A stretch of 64,000 bases of DNA from Nemertoderma westbladi (lineage: Eukaryota > Animalia > Xenacoelomorpha). Under the pieces are notes generated by a model. It searched no databases, had not been told where the DNA came from, and was given only the letters and a program-made list of their open reading frames with translations. The position numbers and the translations under genes were made by a program. Numbering within the stretch: position 1 is the first letter of the stretch; every line of letters begins with the position of its first letter. The stretch lies in NCBI GenBank assembly GCA_032718475.1, contig JAUCBJ010008532.1, positions 1 through 64,000 on the forward strand. Direction: 5' to 3'. Below, piece after piece: positions 35,963-48,641 of the stretch.

Positions 35963-38073
35963 CGGACGGAGTCGACGATGACTGATAAACTGAAAATGAT
36001 GTTAAGACTGGTTTCGGTTTGTGAGATCGACCTGGCAATACTAACTCAACTCGCTTTCTTCGAATTTCTAGTAATATATTTTGATCTTAACAATAATTAT
36101 TTAACATCAATTATTTTATAGACCTGAATGTCTTGTCAATATATAAGATTTGTAAATACTAAATAAATAGCTAACTTTATGATAATCTGTGATATATTTT
36201 TCGAATTGTAATTAATTTATAATGTTTATAATTAATTAGAAATATACTGTAAAGGAATTATATCTTTTGACAGACTACTGTTTGCGCGACCGTGATGATA
36301 AAAGGAAATGGTGCCCAAATATTTTACTTAAGGGTCTTTAGATGCAATCAAAGTTGTTCCCTCTCCAGGTGAAAATCGACGCAAATAACAGTTGTTTACT
36401 CCTAAAAATAACACTGCAACCTGCTCATTTCCCTTAATAAATAATTTAACATGAGACAGGATGTAATAGAGCATTTCACCCAAATAAACACAAAAAGTTC
36501 ACGTCCATTGAAATGATCATGCCCATTGCCAACAACTCCAACTATGTAAAAATTTGAAATATTACAACCAACACTAACCAGTTCACGATCGCAAAAATGT
36601 CGTGTTTGCGTGTCTCATATTAATTGCGTAAGGTCACCTCAGATGCCTGGTTTGGTTATGCACTGGTTTGTGTGCAACATATTTTCAGCTTAACCATCCA
36701 ACTAGTAGTTGTTAATGTTAAATTGCAAATAAATACCAAATATTTTCATGCTTATATTTTGACCGACAAGCTGTGAAGTGGACTAACAGACACCAGATTC
36801 CATCGTACATGTAATCGCCCAGATTAGGAAAAATGGCTTAGAGAAAATTTTAGCAAGTTGTGCTTATTCTATTTTGAGAGACAGACCGACTGACCAGATT
36901 ATAATATGAATACTGGTACCAAGTTTGATATAATTTAGTCAAGGATTGAACGAGTTATAATTTTAAATATCAGTGAAGGGGGCAGGACAGGATTCAGTTA
37001 TACTTTAATAAATAATAGTGATGTATACTAAACCAAGACATACGCGATATGACTGCTGTAGTTCATTGAATGACTGTTGATTTCGAAATATTTCATTCAA
37101 AATTAAAATAATAATAATAATGTGACAATCGGATTAGAATCTAGGGTGTAATTTTTAGCACTTTACAATATAATAGAACTGGAAAACTGGATGAGCACCG
37201 CCCCAATCAACTCAACAGACATGTTGTTGTAACTCGACGCACCTCTCACGGGTTTCACTGTCTCAATCCGACGCCTTTTCTTCCACTCTCAAACAGCTGC
37301 CTTTGCCGTTTCCACAACCTATCCTGCTCCGATAGATACCACTGTTTCCATTGCCCCCCCCCCCCCCTGTCTGTTCCCGCATCCACATAAGTCTACTTCA
37401 ACCTATAACTCTCGCAATAATATTATAGACATCACTCTCACATTCATATTCGTTTTATATTTGTGATTTATTAATAACCTTTTACATCATTGTGTGCAAA
37501 GTAAAAAATTTTAATATATGCCGTTCTGTTTACCCCGACTGGGGTGTTTGTGTTCTAAAAAAAATATTATTGAACTTATTATTATAATTCCAAAACAATA
37601 TTTTTAATAACCATCATTATAAATCAAATTCACATTGTATTTCCATCATGCATGTCCTTGCATATTGTAGGTAAGTTTAGAGATATTCTACAACAATGCT
37701 TTAGGTGTGCACCAGATATCCGATGCGAATGAAAATGACCTGCTATTATGTTATACTGCAATCCGAATAAAATAACGGATTATAAACGTTTTCATTGCCT
37801 TTTTTTTTATAAAAAATATATATTATATACTGAAAATGGTTCATTAATAATATAATTAATGTAATAAATATATACAAATTATAAATAGGCCTATTCATTA
37901 AAAAATAATAATAAAGGATAATTCAAAAAGATAAACTATTTTCTCTCGCTGTAAATAATTGTTCTTTAATAAATAATTAATGTAAAAATAAAATGAAAAA
38001 TATATAAATATTCAATAAAAAGTATTAATAAAGGATAATTAAAAACGAGAAACTATTTCTCTTGTCAGAAAGC

Positions 38074-38270
38074 TTTTAATATTATGCAGGATATTCGATC
38101 CGATCTGATATCAAAAAATGTTATATCCGGTACACCCTTAACAATAATTAGAATTACAATCATGCATTACCCTTTTAATATTATGCAGGATATTCGATCC
38201 GATCTGATATCAAAAAATGTTATATCCGGTACACCCTTAACAATAATTAGAATTACAATCATGCATTACC
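38074..38270 (+). repeat. 99-bp tandem duplication
   Basis: TTTTAATATTATGCAGGATATTCG...CATGCATTACC occurs twice in succession. Confidence 0.95.
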
Positions 38271-39257
38271 ACCATTATTAAATTATTATTACCGGTAATT
38301 AATTATTATTATTTATTTAAAAAAAGACACCGTAAAGAAAAAAATCATCCGTTATCATTATTTAATTTAATAGAGAGAAAAAAGCAAGACTTTTTAAAAC
38401 AAGGGGTAAGCTGATTAGGTAGGCTACGTGATAATATTACCGCTGTCTCCATACAGCCATACTCCATATTATATATAGCTATATAGGTATATATTTAATC
38501 CATATCCATATCTAACTCCATATTTCAGTATTTCCAAACGTACCGATAGGAATACTCCAAAAGTTGAATTTTAAAAAATAAAGTATAAATTTCAACTCCA
38601 TTTGCCATTGAATATAGAACTTCCCTCCGACTGATATAGTATTCGAATTAAAATATACATGTAGTGGATGAAGCTCTAAATACTGAAATACATAACAAAC
38701 AATACAATACCCTATATTCATTCCGGAATTATTTAACTATACCCCATATTCATCAAAACCGAAAACCAAATACCGGTATTGTAATTAATATTAGGCCTAC
38801 CGGTATTTAAATAATATAGGCCCTAGTAATAAGTCATACTTTCATTGGAATCTGGGCATAGGCCTAGCCTAATCCAGTAATCTTACAGGTAGAAATTTTA
38901 TACCGGCTCACCGGTCAGGTTGCCTGTAGGCCTAGTCCTACTGCAATAACCAGATAAGGCAATAATCACATAATGGCTGAATGGTTCTTCAGCGGTTCAG
39001 TTCATCTCTTCCTGTCTTGCAGTCTTGTGTGTCTTCCAGTCACCTGGTCACCAGTTCTCACTGATGTTGTCCTAATTTATATGGTCTTGTACCGCGAAAC
39101 TGTGTATTATTTACTGATGTAGGCTTAATTTTGTGCCTTGTACCATGTACAGTACTGGTGGGCCTACACAGCTACTGTTATTTTGCCTAATACAGGTCCC
39201 ATAGGTAAATCCTTACCCCATGGGCTGTTACCTCTCTGATTGACAGCGCAACAGCCC

Positions 39258-39686
39258 TCTCTCGAAGAAGGAGGTTACGAGAGTGGTTAAACCCAGTAAA
39301 CGATTTGCCACATCTTGGTTGATGTTTTCTCGAATAAAATCGACTATACTAGTTGGAATCGTAAACGTCTCGGGCGAAGTAGTTAGATTGAACGTTATTT
39401 TGTTGTCCCTTTTTAAAAGTTTGAAACCGTGGTTGGAGGAATGAAGTTTATTATCGTCGAGGGTTTGATATTGTCCATCGTGAAGTTCGTAGCAGGCACG
39501 GAAAATAAAGTGCGCGTAGTTTGCCGGAATCGGGATGGGTTGGTTTAAGGTTGTATTTATCGTTAATGGGAAGAGTTTGTTCGCCGAATCGAAATATAGA
39601 CCAAACGAGTTGTCTTGTAGTATAAACTGATTTTCGTTGCAAACCAGATTGTTGCTTGAATAGCTGATTTCTGAATGTGCCATCAT
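39258..39686 (-). CDS. Orphan intronless ORF (143 codons before running into the inverted repeat)
   Basis: ATG start and globular-protein composition. TATAATA at ~39803-39809 and CCAAT/ATTGG boxes at ~39773-39835 upstream on the minus strand. Confidence 0.45.
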
Positions 39687-40211
39687 GATTGTGTACTGGT
39701 AACTCGTTTAGGAAATAAAAATAAATAAATACTTTTACGAAAATAATTAAAACTTTTCAGGAAAACAAAGAGCCAATGATTGGGAATGTGGTGAACGAGG
39801 GCTATTATAGAGGGGGCTAGAATGGGTTAGCCAATCAGGGAACAGGAGGGAGAAAAGACAGGCGAGATAATGATTGCCCAATGTTATTCAATGGTAGCCA
39901 GAGTGGCGCCATTGAATAACGAAGACAAAGGGGCCGCGAGAGGAAAGATTATAAAGTTAACGATAAGGGATCTACAAACCATAGAGCTAAATATAGACAT
40001 TATGTCATAATTACGTCATTGGTAATATAAAAACTAATTAATCTAAAAATAGAAATCAATGTATAAAGTAAAAGTAATACAATTAATTAATTTAAAATAA
40101 AGTACAAATGAATAAATAAAGTAAAATAAAATACAAATAATTAATTAAAATTAAATATAAATAAATAGATATTAATGAATAAAAGAGCTGCGGTGTCACT
40201 TATGACACCCT

Positions 40212-40502
40212 CTTGAGTCGGCTTTGCGACAGTTGGACCCCACTGACACCATTGCGTATCGGATTGATTAATTAGGATAATCAATTAAACCCTAATTAGG
40301 AGTCGTAAGACACCTATTAGGGTTTAATTGTACTAATTAATTGATGACACCTGACAATTAGGGGCTAATTAGCCTAATTAGGAGGTGTCACCCAGACAGT
40401 CTGGCGCCAATGACACCCAATGTCACCCATAGGTGTCATTGGGTGTCACCCAGACAGTCTGGCGCCAGTCAGTGGGGTACAACTGCCGCAAAGCCGCCCA
40501 AG
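40212..40502. mobile_element. 291-bp MITE
   Basis: ~35-bp TIRs CTTGAGTCGGCTTTGCGACAGTTGGACCCCACTGAC / GTCAGTGGGGTACAACTGCCGCAAAGCCGCCCAAG, flanked by ACCCT on both sides. Confidence 0.85.
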
Positions 40503-40519
40503 ACCCTACTACTCCGGCT

Positions 40520-42069
40520 GCTTGCTTCCGACCATTCTGATTTCAAGGGTTGAATTACCCTAATATTTAAGAGCTCATTGAGGCAGGCCTTAGCTGTTAT
40601 GAGTTTGTCTGGGGCAAGGCGTCTAGGTTTGCACTGAATTGGAGGGCCAGTTGTCTTGATAGAGAACTCTATAGTAGACAGAGCTTGTTTGTGATAATCC
40701 AGGGGTTGGACAGTTTGTTTGTTCTTTTGAGCAGTTGATTTAACAGTGCCTGGGATTACTAGAAAACTCTGGAGTCCGAGGATTTTTACATTGCTTGGGA
40801 GTAGTAGTAACAGTGGTGGAGTTCGTGGAGAGACCAGTTATTGAATCTAAGATTTGTGAGTTTGCACAATCGAAGAGCAAGTTATGAAGTGCCAGAAAAT
40901 TTGCACCAAGGATTGGGTGGATAACTTCTACGACAACAAATCGATGGTGGAAAATGCGACGTATCTTATTGAGTTTGACAGATGCATTTACGAGACCAAG
41001 GGCAGGAATAAGGTGACCGTCAGCTGCTGTAAGTGTATGCGTAAATGAATATATATTGGAACACATTGAGGGTAATGGCCACTGATCTTTGAAAATTAGC
41101 ACCAATGGGTGGATTGTTTCACCCGGGAACCACAAAAGATATGAGACTTTGGGGCGTTGGTTGGCGGAGAATGGTGTCAGGGTGTGTGGTCTGTACAAAT
41201 ATTCTGGATTATTGTATCCATGAGGCTGCTAGCGATCGCGATTAGGCGTTGGATTGTGGGAAAAAGGGCGGGACATTGGTCGAACATGATAATCACTGCG
41301 GATTCTTTTAGACTCATGATGGTTATGTTGCAGAACATTCACTGGGTAGGAAGGTCGAGGATGCATCGCTGTTGCTGCAACAACAGTGTCAGTGATTTTG
41401 AGGAAGTCATCCAGTCGATTCACATCCTGGGTAGCAAGAGTGGAATGAGCTGAATCAGTAAGCATTGCCTCAATGAGCCGTGCAATTATTTCCTGTTCCC
41501 TCCTCTTCGGCATATCAGCAGCATTGGCTAACAATTTAATTCGTTGGATGGCAGAAGATGAGTGTTCTCCTTCCTGAAGTGTAAAAGAAGCGATGGCCTT
41601 TCGAATCAGTTCAAATTTCGATTCACCGAGTGAGTTTTTTGTGTAACTCCTTCACCTTGTCGTAGGTTTTGATATCAGAAGAAGACATGAATGCAGCATG
41701 CTCTGTTGGCAACTTGGTAAACAGAAGGTTAATCCGATCCTCATCGCTAGTTTTTTCCATGGAGAAACACGCCTCCAACTGGAGGAACCAAAATACCAGG
41801 TTGCTGTGGACAGAGGGGTGGGTTCCCATGATCCCACCCTTAAAGTGGTGGGAAGTCATGATTATGTCGTAGTCGTTGATTGGTGAATTAGAGTTCGAGT
41901 GTCACCAGTGTAATGGGTTGACACTCAGAGTAAATAAAATAACATAAATGTGAATGCAAAATATTGAAAATACGAAGATATATTCTGATAAAGAAGAATA
42001 CAGATGTATTGCAGTACCGCGGTAGGATGAAAGTTAAAGTATCTTAGTTATACCGGTAGGCTCTTATAT
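40520..42069 (-). mobile_element. Degenerate Ty3/Gypsy element: 5' LTR part (41909-42069, continuing 51940-~52094), PBS, gag, protease and start of RT
   Basis: TGGTGAC follows the LTR end ...TTACA. Gag FWFLQLEACF. Protease LTAADG...HRFVV...PILGANFL..HNLLFDC. Pre-RT TTGPPIQCKPRRLAPDKL...IQPLKSEW. Frameshifted. Confidence 0.85.
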
Positions 42070-42235
42070 GGGTTTGTGCTTAACGCGTATGTGTACGTAT
42101 TTGTACGTATTCTGCACAGTTCCCGTAGCATACCGTATGCTACGGGAAGTTGTCGAAATTGGTATGTTGTACCTATTTTGACCAATTTCCATAGCATACG
42201 GTATGCTACGGCAATTCCATTATTTTGAGTTATAA

Positions 42236-42305
42236 TGGCTACGCGGTGTAGTGGTTAATCATTGTGTAGCTTATGACCCATGTCCTGGGTTCGACACCAA
42301 CCTCG
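42236..42305 (+). pseudogene. tRNA-like or SINE-head remnant in the MULE subterminal region
   Basis: GGTGTAGTGGTTA (A box) and GGGTTCGACACC (B box). Acceptor stem not intact. Confidence 0.45.
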
Positions 42306-43177
42306 GATTAAGTATATTTTTTATTTATATTTTTTAAAACTGTGAATTCTGCCGTGCAATGTGAAAAGACCATAAGTCGCATAAGTGCTACAAGGGTAAA
42401 AGACCGTAAGTGCCTTAATTAAGTCAACAAGACTTGCGCTTTTTTGTCATTGCATAAATAATAAGAAAACGTACATACGTTTTTATTGAAATTGGTGTCT
42501 TTTAACTTGCGGTTTTTAAGTTTATTCTAACTTTAAATATTACATAATGAGCCCAGTAATGTGGGGAGTGGGGAGAGCCACGAGGGCCGACTGTCATGTG
42601 GGGGTGGGCCGTGCCCACAGTTTAGTATGGACCAGATCGGCAATGTTCATCTATCCGTCCGTCTATCTGCCTCAATGTTTAAATGTCACTATCTCAGCAT
42701 CGGCGAGGTCAAATTTGTTGAAATGTGGTACTGTATGCGTGAAGTAAACGAAAAGTTCAGGAAGTCAGGATTTTAAATCGCGTTTCCATAGCAAATGGTT
42801 GATTTTAAATTTTAAAGAATTTTAAACAGCAAATTTAAAACTAACAGCTTATTCATTACTGCATTATAGCGCAATCAATCATGCAAGGGTTGAGTCATAC
42901 AAAACTAACTTGAATGACGGGGTTTTGTGGGTAGAAAAATATAAGATAAATAATATAAAACAAAGTTAGTATATGCGGCTGTATAGTATAAGCACAATAA
43001 CGAAATAAGAACATATGATGTTTAACAATTCAACAAGGAATTTAACAAGTAACAAAATAACGAAAATAACACTTTCGAAAAAAACTAACGAAATGTTCAA
43101 TAGGAGCATAGTTTGGCGTAGCTTAGCAACCAGTTCATAGTCCACTCGATGGCGAAACAGAAGCAGCGATTGTTCAG

Positions 43178-45734
43178 TTGCAGATAATTCCAATCCCGTG
43201 TTTTTCCATTGATTTAAAGTCATCAGGTGTTAGAAGTTCCTTAGCTGCTGAGGATATTTTAATTTCGTTGAGGTCCTTGCAACAGAGTTCATTAAAGTGG
43301 AGATATTGGAACCCCGGTTTGGTTTGTATCTGTCCGCCAACTGAAAACGACAACATCGCCCAACACTTCACAATGGTTGCATCCGATTGCTTAAAGTTGT
43401 ATGAGCAGGTGTGACACATACGTGCAGAGCTGGATGTACGAGGAATTAGCTCAGGGACTGAGGTAAACGAACTACCACAACCTCCGGACTGCACTAGCGG
43501 TGCTCTACCTCCACGTCTATGCGCAGATGGCTTCTTACCCGAGCCACAGACCACTGAAGCAATATTCGAAATATTTTTGGAAAATGTTCTCTTTATAGTA
43601 ACATTTATGGCGTTTCACATCTCGGCCAAGGAATTTGTGTGCAGACCAGTGGCAATAACATGCGAACAAACCTTGCTCGCTCTATAGCCCAAACACACGC
43701 ATGAAAAGGTAACTCCATTTTTTTTACCGTGCTTCTGCTTTTTAACGTAATGGACCTTACGCTCTAGCTTAGAACGCACAATAACATCGCCATTGTTCAT
43801 CCCGACTACACGATTTACAGACTATTTACCCGAAGCTACAATAGAAGCAACTAGTGACGCTGACAGACCACTGTCTATCAAATCTTCAGAATACTTTTGT
43901 AACACATCATGTTCCTCCGAATTATTGGGTTCATTTTCAACAACTTCCTGAGCTGGTGTTACAGGTATATATGAACATGAAGGGCCAGATAGTGAGTCCT
44001 GGTTTTCCTGGTCTATACGGACAGGAGTCGGTGATTCACCCACATCTAATAGAATAACATCATCTTTATCTCCAACAAGAAAGTACACAGGATCGTCCTG
44101 CATCACAACTGGTACACAATCATTCGGATTATAATTATCAACAGAGGTTGCTGTAGAATCGAGTGGTTCGTTTAGAAAATGCTTCTGGTACTCATGACTG
44201 ATTTTCTTTATACGTTTCATATACAACCACATACGTTCCTCGTCATCTAGTTTGAAGTATTCGGACTCATTTAATTGAAACTGCTGTAAATAGCTCTTAA
44301 GTCTGTACTTAGATCCCACTCCCAATAAACCTCTAACTACATCATCCATCTGCGATGATACTGCCTTCTTGATCGCCTGAATTGCCTCATCTACCGGTAG
44401 GCCAGTTGTAAAACGTTTAATAATACTGTTCATGCTCTCACTCTGCTGATTGTAGAGCAAACGCCGATCGCGGAAATGCAACAATCCTATGTTGCAATGG
44501 TACGGATTTCATTGAATATATTCGTCAGATACTCAATCACTCTGCAGTCCAATTTTTCTAGAAGGTAGTTGTCCATGAGCGCATTCCAATCTGCTTCGAC
44601 TTCATCTGAAAGAATGACCCTGTTGACATCTTGCTTAATGCGTGTAATTTCAGATTTATTTAATCCACATTTGTGGGCCTTGTCAGCAATATTTTCCAAC
44701 AAGTGTTCCAAACCACGTATATGAACTGCAAAAGGGAATAATAAACCCAATGCATTTACAATAGCTTGTTCTCCGTCTGTAGTATAGTGCACCAGGTCTC
44801 TAGCTAAGCTTGTATCGGCTAAGGGGGACAACATCCGTCTATAGCAGAGTTCTTCCTTCGATGGTATCAACTCACCTGGTCCTATTAATACAGGATCTCC
44901 TTCGAAAATTGGATACCGATATGATGAAAAGAAACCCCAGCAACATTGAGAAATATTAAATACGGTATCAGCTCCTAGCGAAAATGCCCCGGGCCCAGAA
45001 CAAAATAGCTGAACTTCTGTAAGTTGACGATTGGTATATAACTGATATAAAAAACCAGAATCCAGATATGAACATTCACGAATAAAACGTGTTGGGTCTT
45101 CTTCATTGGATTTCATTATAAGTATATTTGTATGAGGATCTATATTTTGAATGCGGCGTTTCATGCCCGTAACGTGACGAGAAGTAACATTCGACGAGAA
45201 ACTTGAAGTATTAAACATTCCAGTTCCCAATGTTGCATTTATTGACGCAGCAGCTACTGATGGTTTAATTCTATTGCCCAGAACAGAACAGACATTTTCA
45301 ATGGCATCAAGTGCTGTCCCACTTAGCACATGGTGCTTTTTCTTCAGCACATCCTCCTGCCCGTCATCATTAAACCCATCGTTTTCATCAGATTTATCCT
45401 TCCTTGAAAAAAGACTTAGGTACCGATCGTTGCGGCCGCTTCCATATACAATGGTTTGCTGAATTCCTGTATGACCACAATAGTACACAACGCGGGTCAC
45501 TTCCTGTCCATCAATAACTTTCTTAGCATCCATGCGATAATACTTCATATGAAGTCCTTTCCCAACAATACCGACAGGTTTAAACGTGGTAACCACCCCC
45601 AAAGGCAAGGGATGCATATCGACAGTAACATTAGGAAGCTCCAAAGAAACATTGTCATAATTATCTCTTAATATGTTAAGTAACGTCCTCGTATAAAGGA
45701 GTTTCGATCTCGATCTGTTGAAGATCAACAGCAC
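43178..45734 (-). pseudogene. MULE transposase with SWIM zinc finger, disrupted
   Basis: LGADTVFN (D1), TTDGEQAIVNAL..LFP..HIRGLEH (D2 plus altered CxxH), NQQSESMN (E), SWIM CVCLGYRASKVCSHVIA, SGKKP. Frameshift at ~44487 and in-frame stops at 43822 and 43615. Confidence 0.88.
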
Positions 45735-45894
45735 TCCAGTCCTTCGACATCGTATAGTTATACGGGTATCTAATACTGTTACGTATCAGTATATTGTTAG
45801 AATTGTTGCAGTTCACCTATCACTGCTATCAGCCTATATGATTATACAGTTATATGTTATTATCAATTTAATTAGACGGCACTTGTGTCAAATA

Positions 45895-46071
45895 GGGGAC
45901 CCTCATAACCTGCTAATCCTGAAATCACTAAAGGAGCAGTTAGTAAAAGAGCAGGTTACAGAGGCGAATTGAAAGGAACCAAAACAATAAATGAGAGTTA
46001 AGAATATTGTTATCACCTGCTAAATACCAGGACAAGCAGGTGATTTCAGTTAGCAGATTAGGAGGGTCCCC
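45895..46071. mobile_element. 177-bp MITE inserted at TA within the left TIR of the nested element
   Basis: TA|GGGGACCCTC...GAGGGTCCCC|TA. Removing it restores the host TIR. Confidence 0.88.
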
Positions 46072-47118
46072 TACAGTCCCAATCCCAATAAACATTAACT
46101 TGGTCATTTTGGCGGCCAAAACGACCAAAATGGCCAAATATAAATTGCGGCATTCATGAAAGGAACTTCTGAGGCAAGTTGGCTTGTCAATCACAGCCAG
46201 TGAATAGAGGCTGAGTGGAAAGTAAAGCCCAGGATGTTGGCAGATAGAAAAAGGCTTCGATTTCCGGACATTCCCTCACCAAACCCCCCCCCCCCCCCCC
46301 CCCCCCCCGTTCCGTTTGAGTAGGACACTACTGTTTTATATTTAGCACGTTTATTTTTCATTTTGTAAGGTAAACGGACCGCTTGTATCCAGAAAAGTTG
46401 TACAGTATCCAATTTCCCTTTCTTAGCTCAGAAATTAATATTTTGCATCCCGATTTTACATTTTGTATCCACGTTTTATTTATGTATTCAATTACACTGT
46501 ATTGTTTGCTAATCTTTAAACAATTAATTAGATGACCTATATATTCCATCTGTTTCTCCTGTTCAAAGCAAAATCTAATCATGAATACTTTTTCACTGTA
46601 ACTCGTAACTCAACCAATTGGTCCTTTTTCGAAGAAATCGTACATGGGCATTTTGGAGCTAACGTATTTAGGTAAAGCTCTATTGTAGGCTGTGGCTCTG
46701 TTTAAGCTTAGCTGAGCCAAGACGACAGACATTAGGATGGGAACACGAACAAACCATATTATCCTTCCCCTATTCATTTCAATGGTAACCAGCTTGTCTT
46801 TCCCGCACTGGGGGTAGACCATTGCCATTGGGTAAGCTGAATGCTATTGTAATACAAAGAGAGCGGCAGGATAAAGAGAAATGCCGACCTCACTAATAAT
46901 GGGCTGGTCCCACAGGTCACTTTAAGGTAGGTGGTACAGTAGGTACTACAGTTTACATGTTCAAGGGCGCCAGTCCCTAGTCGCTAGCCCATAGTCTGTC
47001 ATGGAGTTCCTGTAGTAGTTTCAGACGCTTTCACTCAGTATCCTAGTGTCCAGGAAGTTGGGAGTTGAGTGTGGGTGGGTGGATTTGGTGGCCCCCACGC
47101 AACACCGCAGTGTCGGAT

Positions 47119-47514
47119 GACTACAAAACAAAGACCAACGACCCAAATAATAAAGACCTGTACAAATACAAAACGCATGTGTTAACTTTCGTTTATTGTT
47201 TTGGTTCCCCAACACGCCTCTGTAACCTGCTTCTTTACTAACCTGCTCCTTTAAATGGCAATGTGATCTCACGCTCTCTGGCAATGGGACCTAAAGCTCT
47301 TTGGAACCTAACGCTCTTTGGGACGTAACGCGACTTTACCTCTTTGTTTTGTACAGGTCACAATGAGCGTTATGTACCATTGCTATTTAAAGGAGCAGGT
47401 TAGTAAAGGAGCAAGTTACAGAGGCGTGACGGGGGATTCAAAACAATTAACGAACGTTAACACATGTAACAAGATTATGCAGGTCTTTATAATTGGGTCT
47501 TTGTTTTGTAGTCA
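47119..47514. mobile_element. MITE-like element with ~145-bp imperfect inverted repeats
   Basis: GACTACAAAACAA...ACCTGCTCCTTTAAATGGCAATG versus CATTGCTATTTAAAGGAGCAGGT...TTGTTTTGTAGTC. Confidence 0.7.
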
Positions 47515-47589
47515 CCCCGCAGTGTCCGCGAATTATACATTGTAAAAAATATTAAAAAAAATGTTTATTATAAAAAAAAATATTATTGA

Positions 47590-47876
47590 AATTAATTTCC
47601 GAAATTAACATCCCGAAATTAATTTATGGGCGTCCATTAATTAGTTATTTCATTACGATTCTGATTGGTTGATAGATTAATTACGGGACGTCCATAAATT
47701 AATTTGGGGACATCCATAAATTAATTTCGGGACGTTCATAATTTAATTTCGGGACGTCCATAAGTTAATTTCGGGACGTCCATATATTATAGTTAATTTC
47801 GGGACGTCCATAAATTAATTTCGGGACGTCCATAAATTAATTTCGGGATGTCCATAAATTAATTTCGGGACGTTCA
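47590..47876. repeat. 23-bp tandem repeat
   Basis: (AATTAATTTCGGGACGTCCATAA)n with inverted units at the left edge. Confidence 0.85.
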
Positions 47877-48641
47877 GATTATTATACATACTCCTCCTTT
47901 AACGAAGCCCCATTCAACTCCTTTTATAAGACTGTACTCTATCAATGCCTCAGTGGGCGGACTCCAGTACTGCAAGGCTCAGCGCCAGGTAAGTTAACAA
48001 TCTGTCAATAATAAAAATGAAAGCGAGCCGACATTTAGTCAGATCCACCAAATGGATGGCCAAGGAGACAGACTGTCTGGATTGAGCTGATTCGAGTCCA
48101 GGTTGGAATTTATGTAGAGTTTGCTCAACATGTGTGGCGCGGATTAAGGATCCTGGCGCGTAGTGACAGGGGCGTGTGGCGCGGATTAAGGATCCCGGCG
48201 CGTAGTGACAGGGGCGTGTGGCGCGCATTGAGGATCCTGGCGGTCCTGGCGCGAATATGGATGTAGGGTTAGGTTAGGACAGTAGGAGGTAGCGTAGCAG
48301 TGCACTAGCAACACATCCCACTCTACAGCTCTATTTCAGTATTTGAAATTATTCCATAGGTTTATAAAGATCGAAAAATGTCCGCTCGCTTCGCTCGCGT
48401 TTATACTATAACTGTATAAGTCTACTCTTAGCACTGTTTGGCTGTGGACAAATGGAAACGGACAGATTGAGCATGACCATTAAAAACATGACTTGTTTCA
48501 AAAGTTTTTCAATTGTCAGATTCTTCAAACCAATAAAACCATGACAGCCTGCATGATTCAGCAGAATTTCCGTGCTCGCTACGCTCGCCAGCTCGCAATT
48601 TCATGACATCTGCATTTCTGCATTTGAAAACAGTCGGTTTG

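Larger units (their letters stand above)
35312..39257. mobile_element. Putative ~3.9-kb non-autonomous TIR element
   Basis: ~62-bp inverted repeats GGGCTGTTGCGCTGTCA...GGTAACAGCCC...GGTAAGGATTTACCT at 35312-35373 and 39195-39257. No TSD seen. Confidence 0.6.

Noticed and set aside
38084-38281. 65-aa ORF with an internal repeat
   Set aside because: A by-product of a 99-bp tandem duplication in AT-rich DNA.
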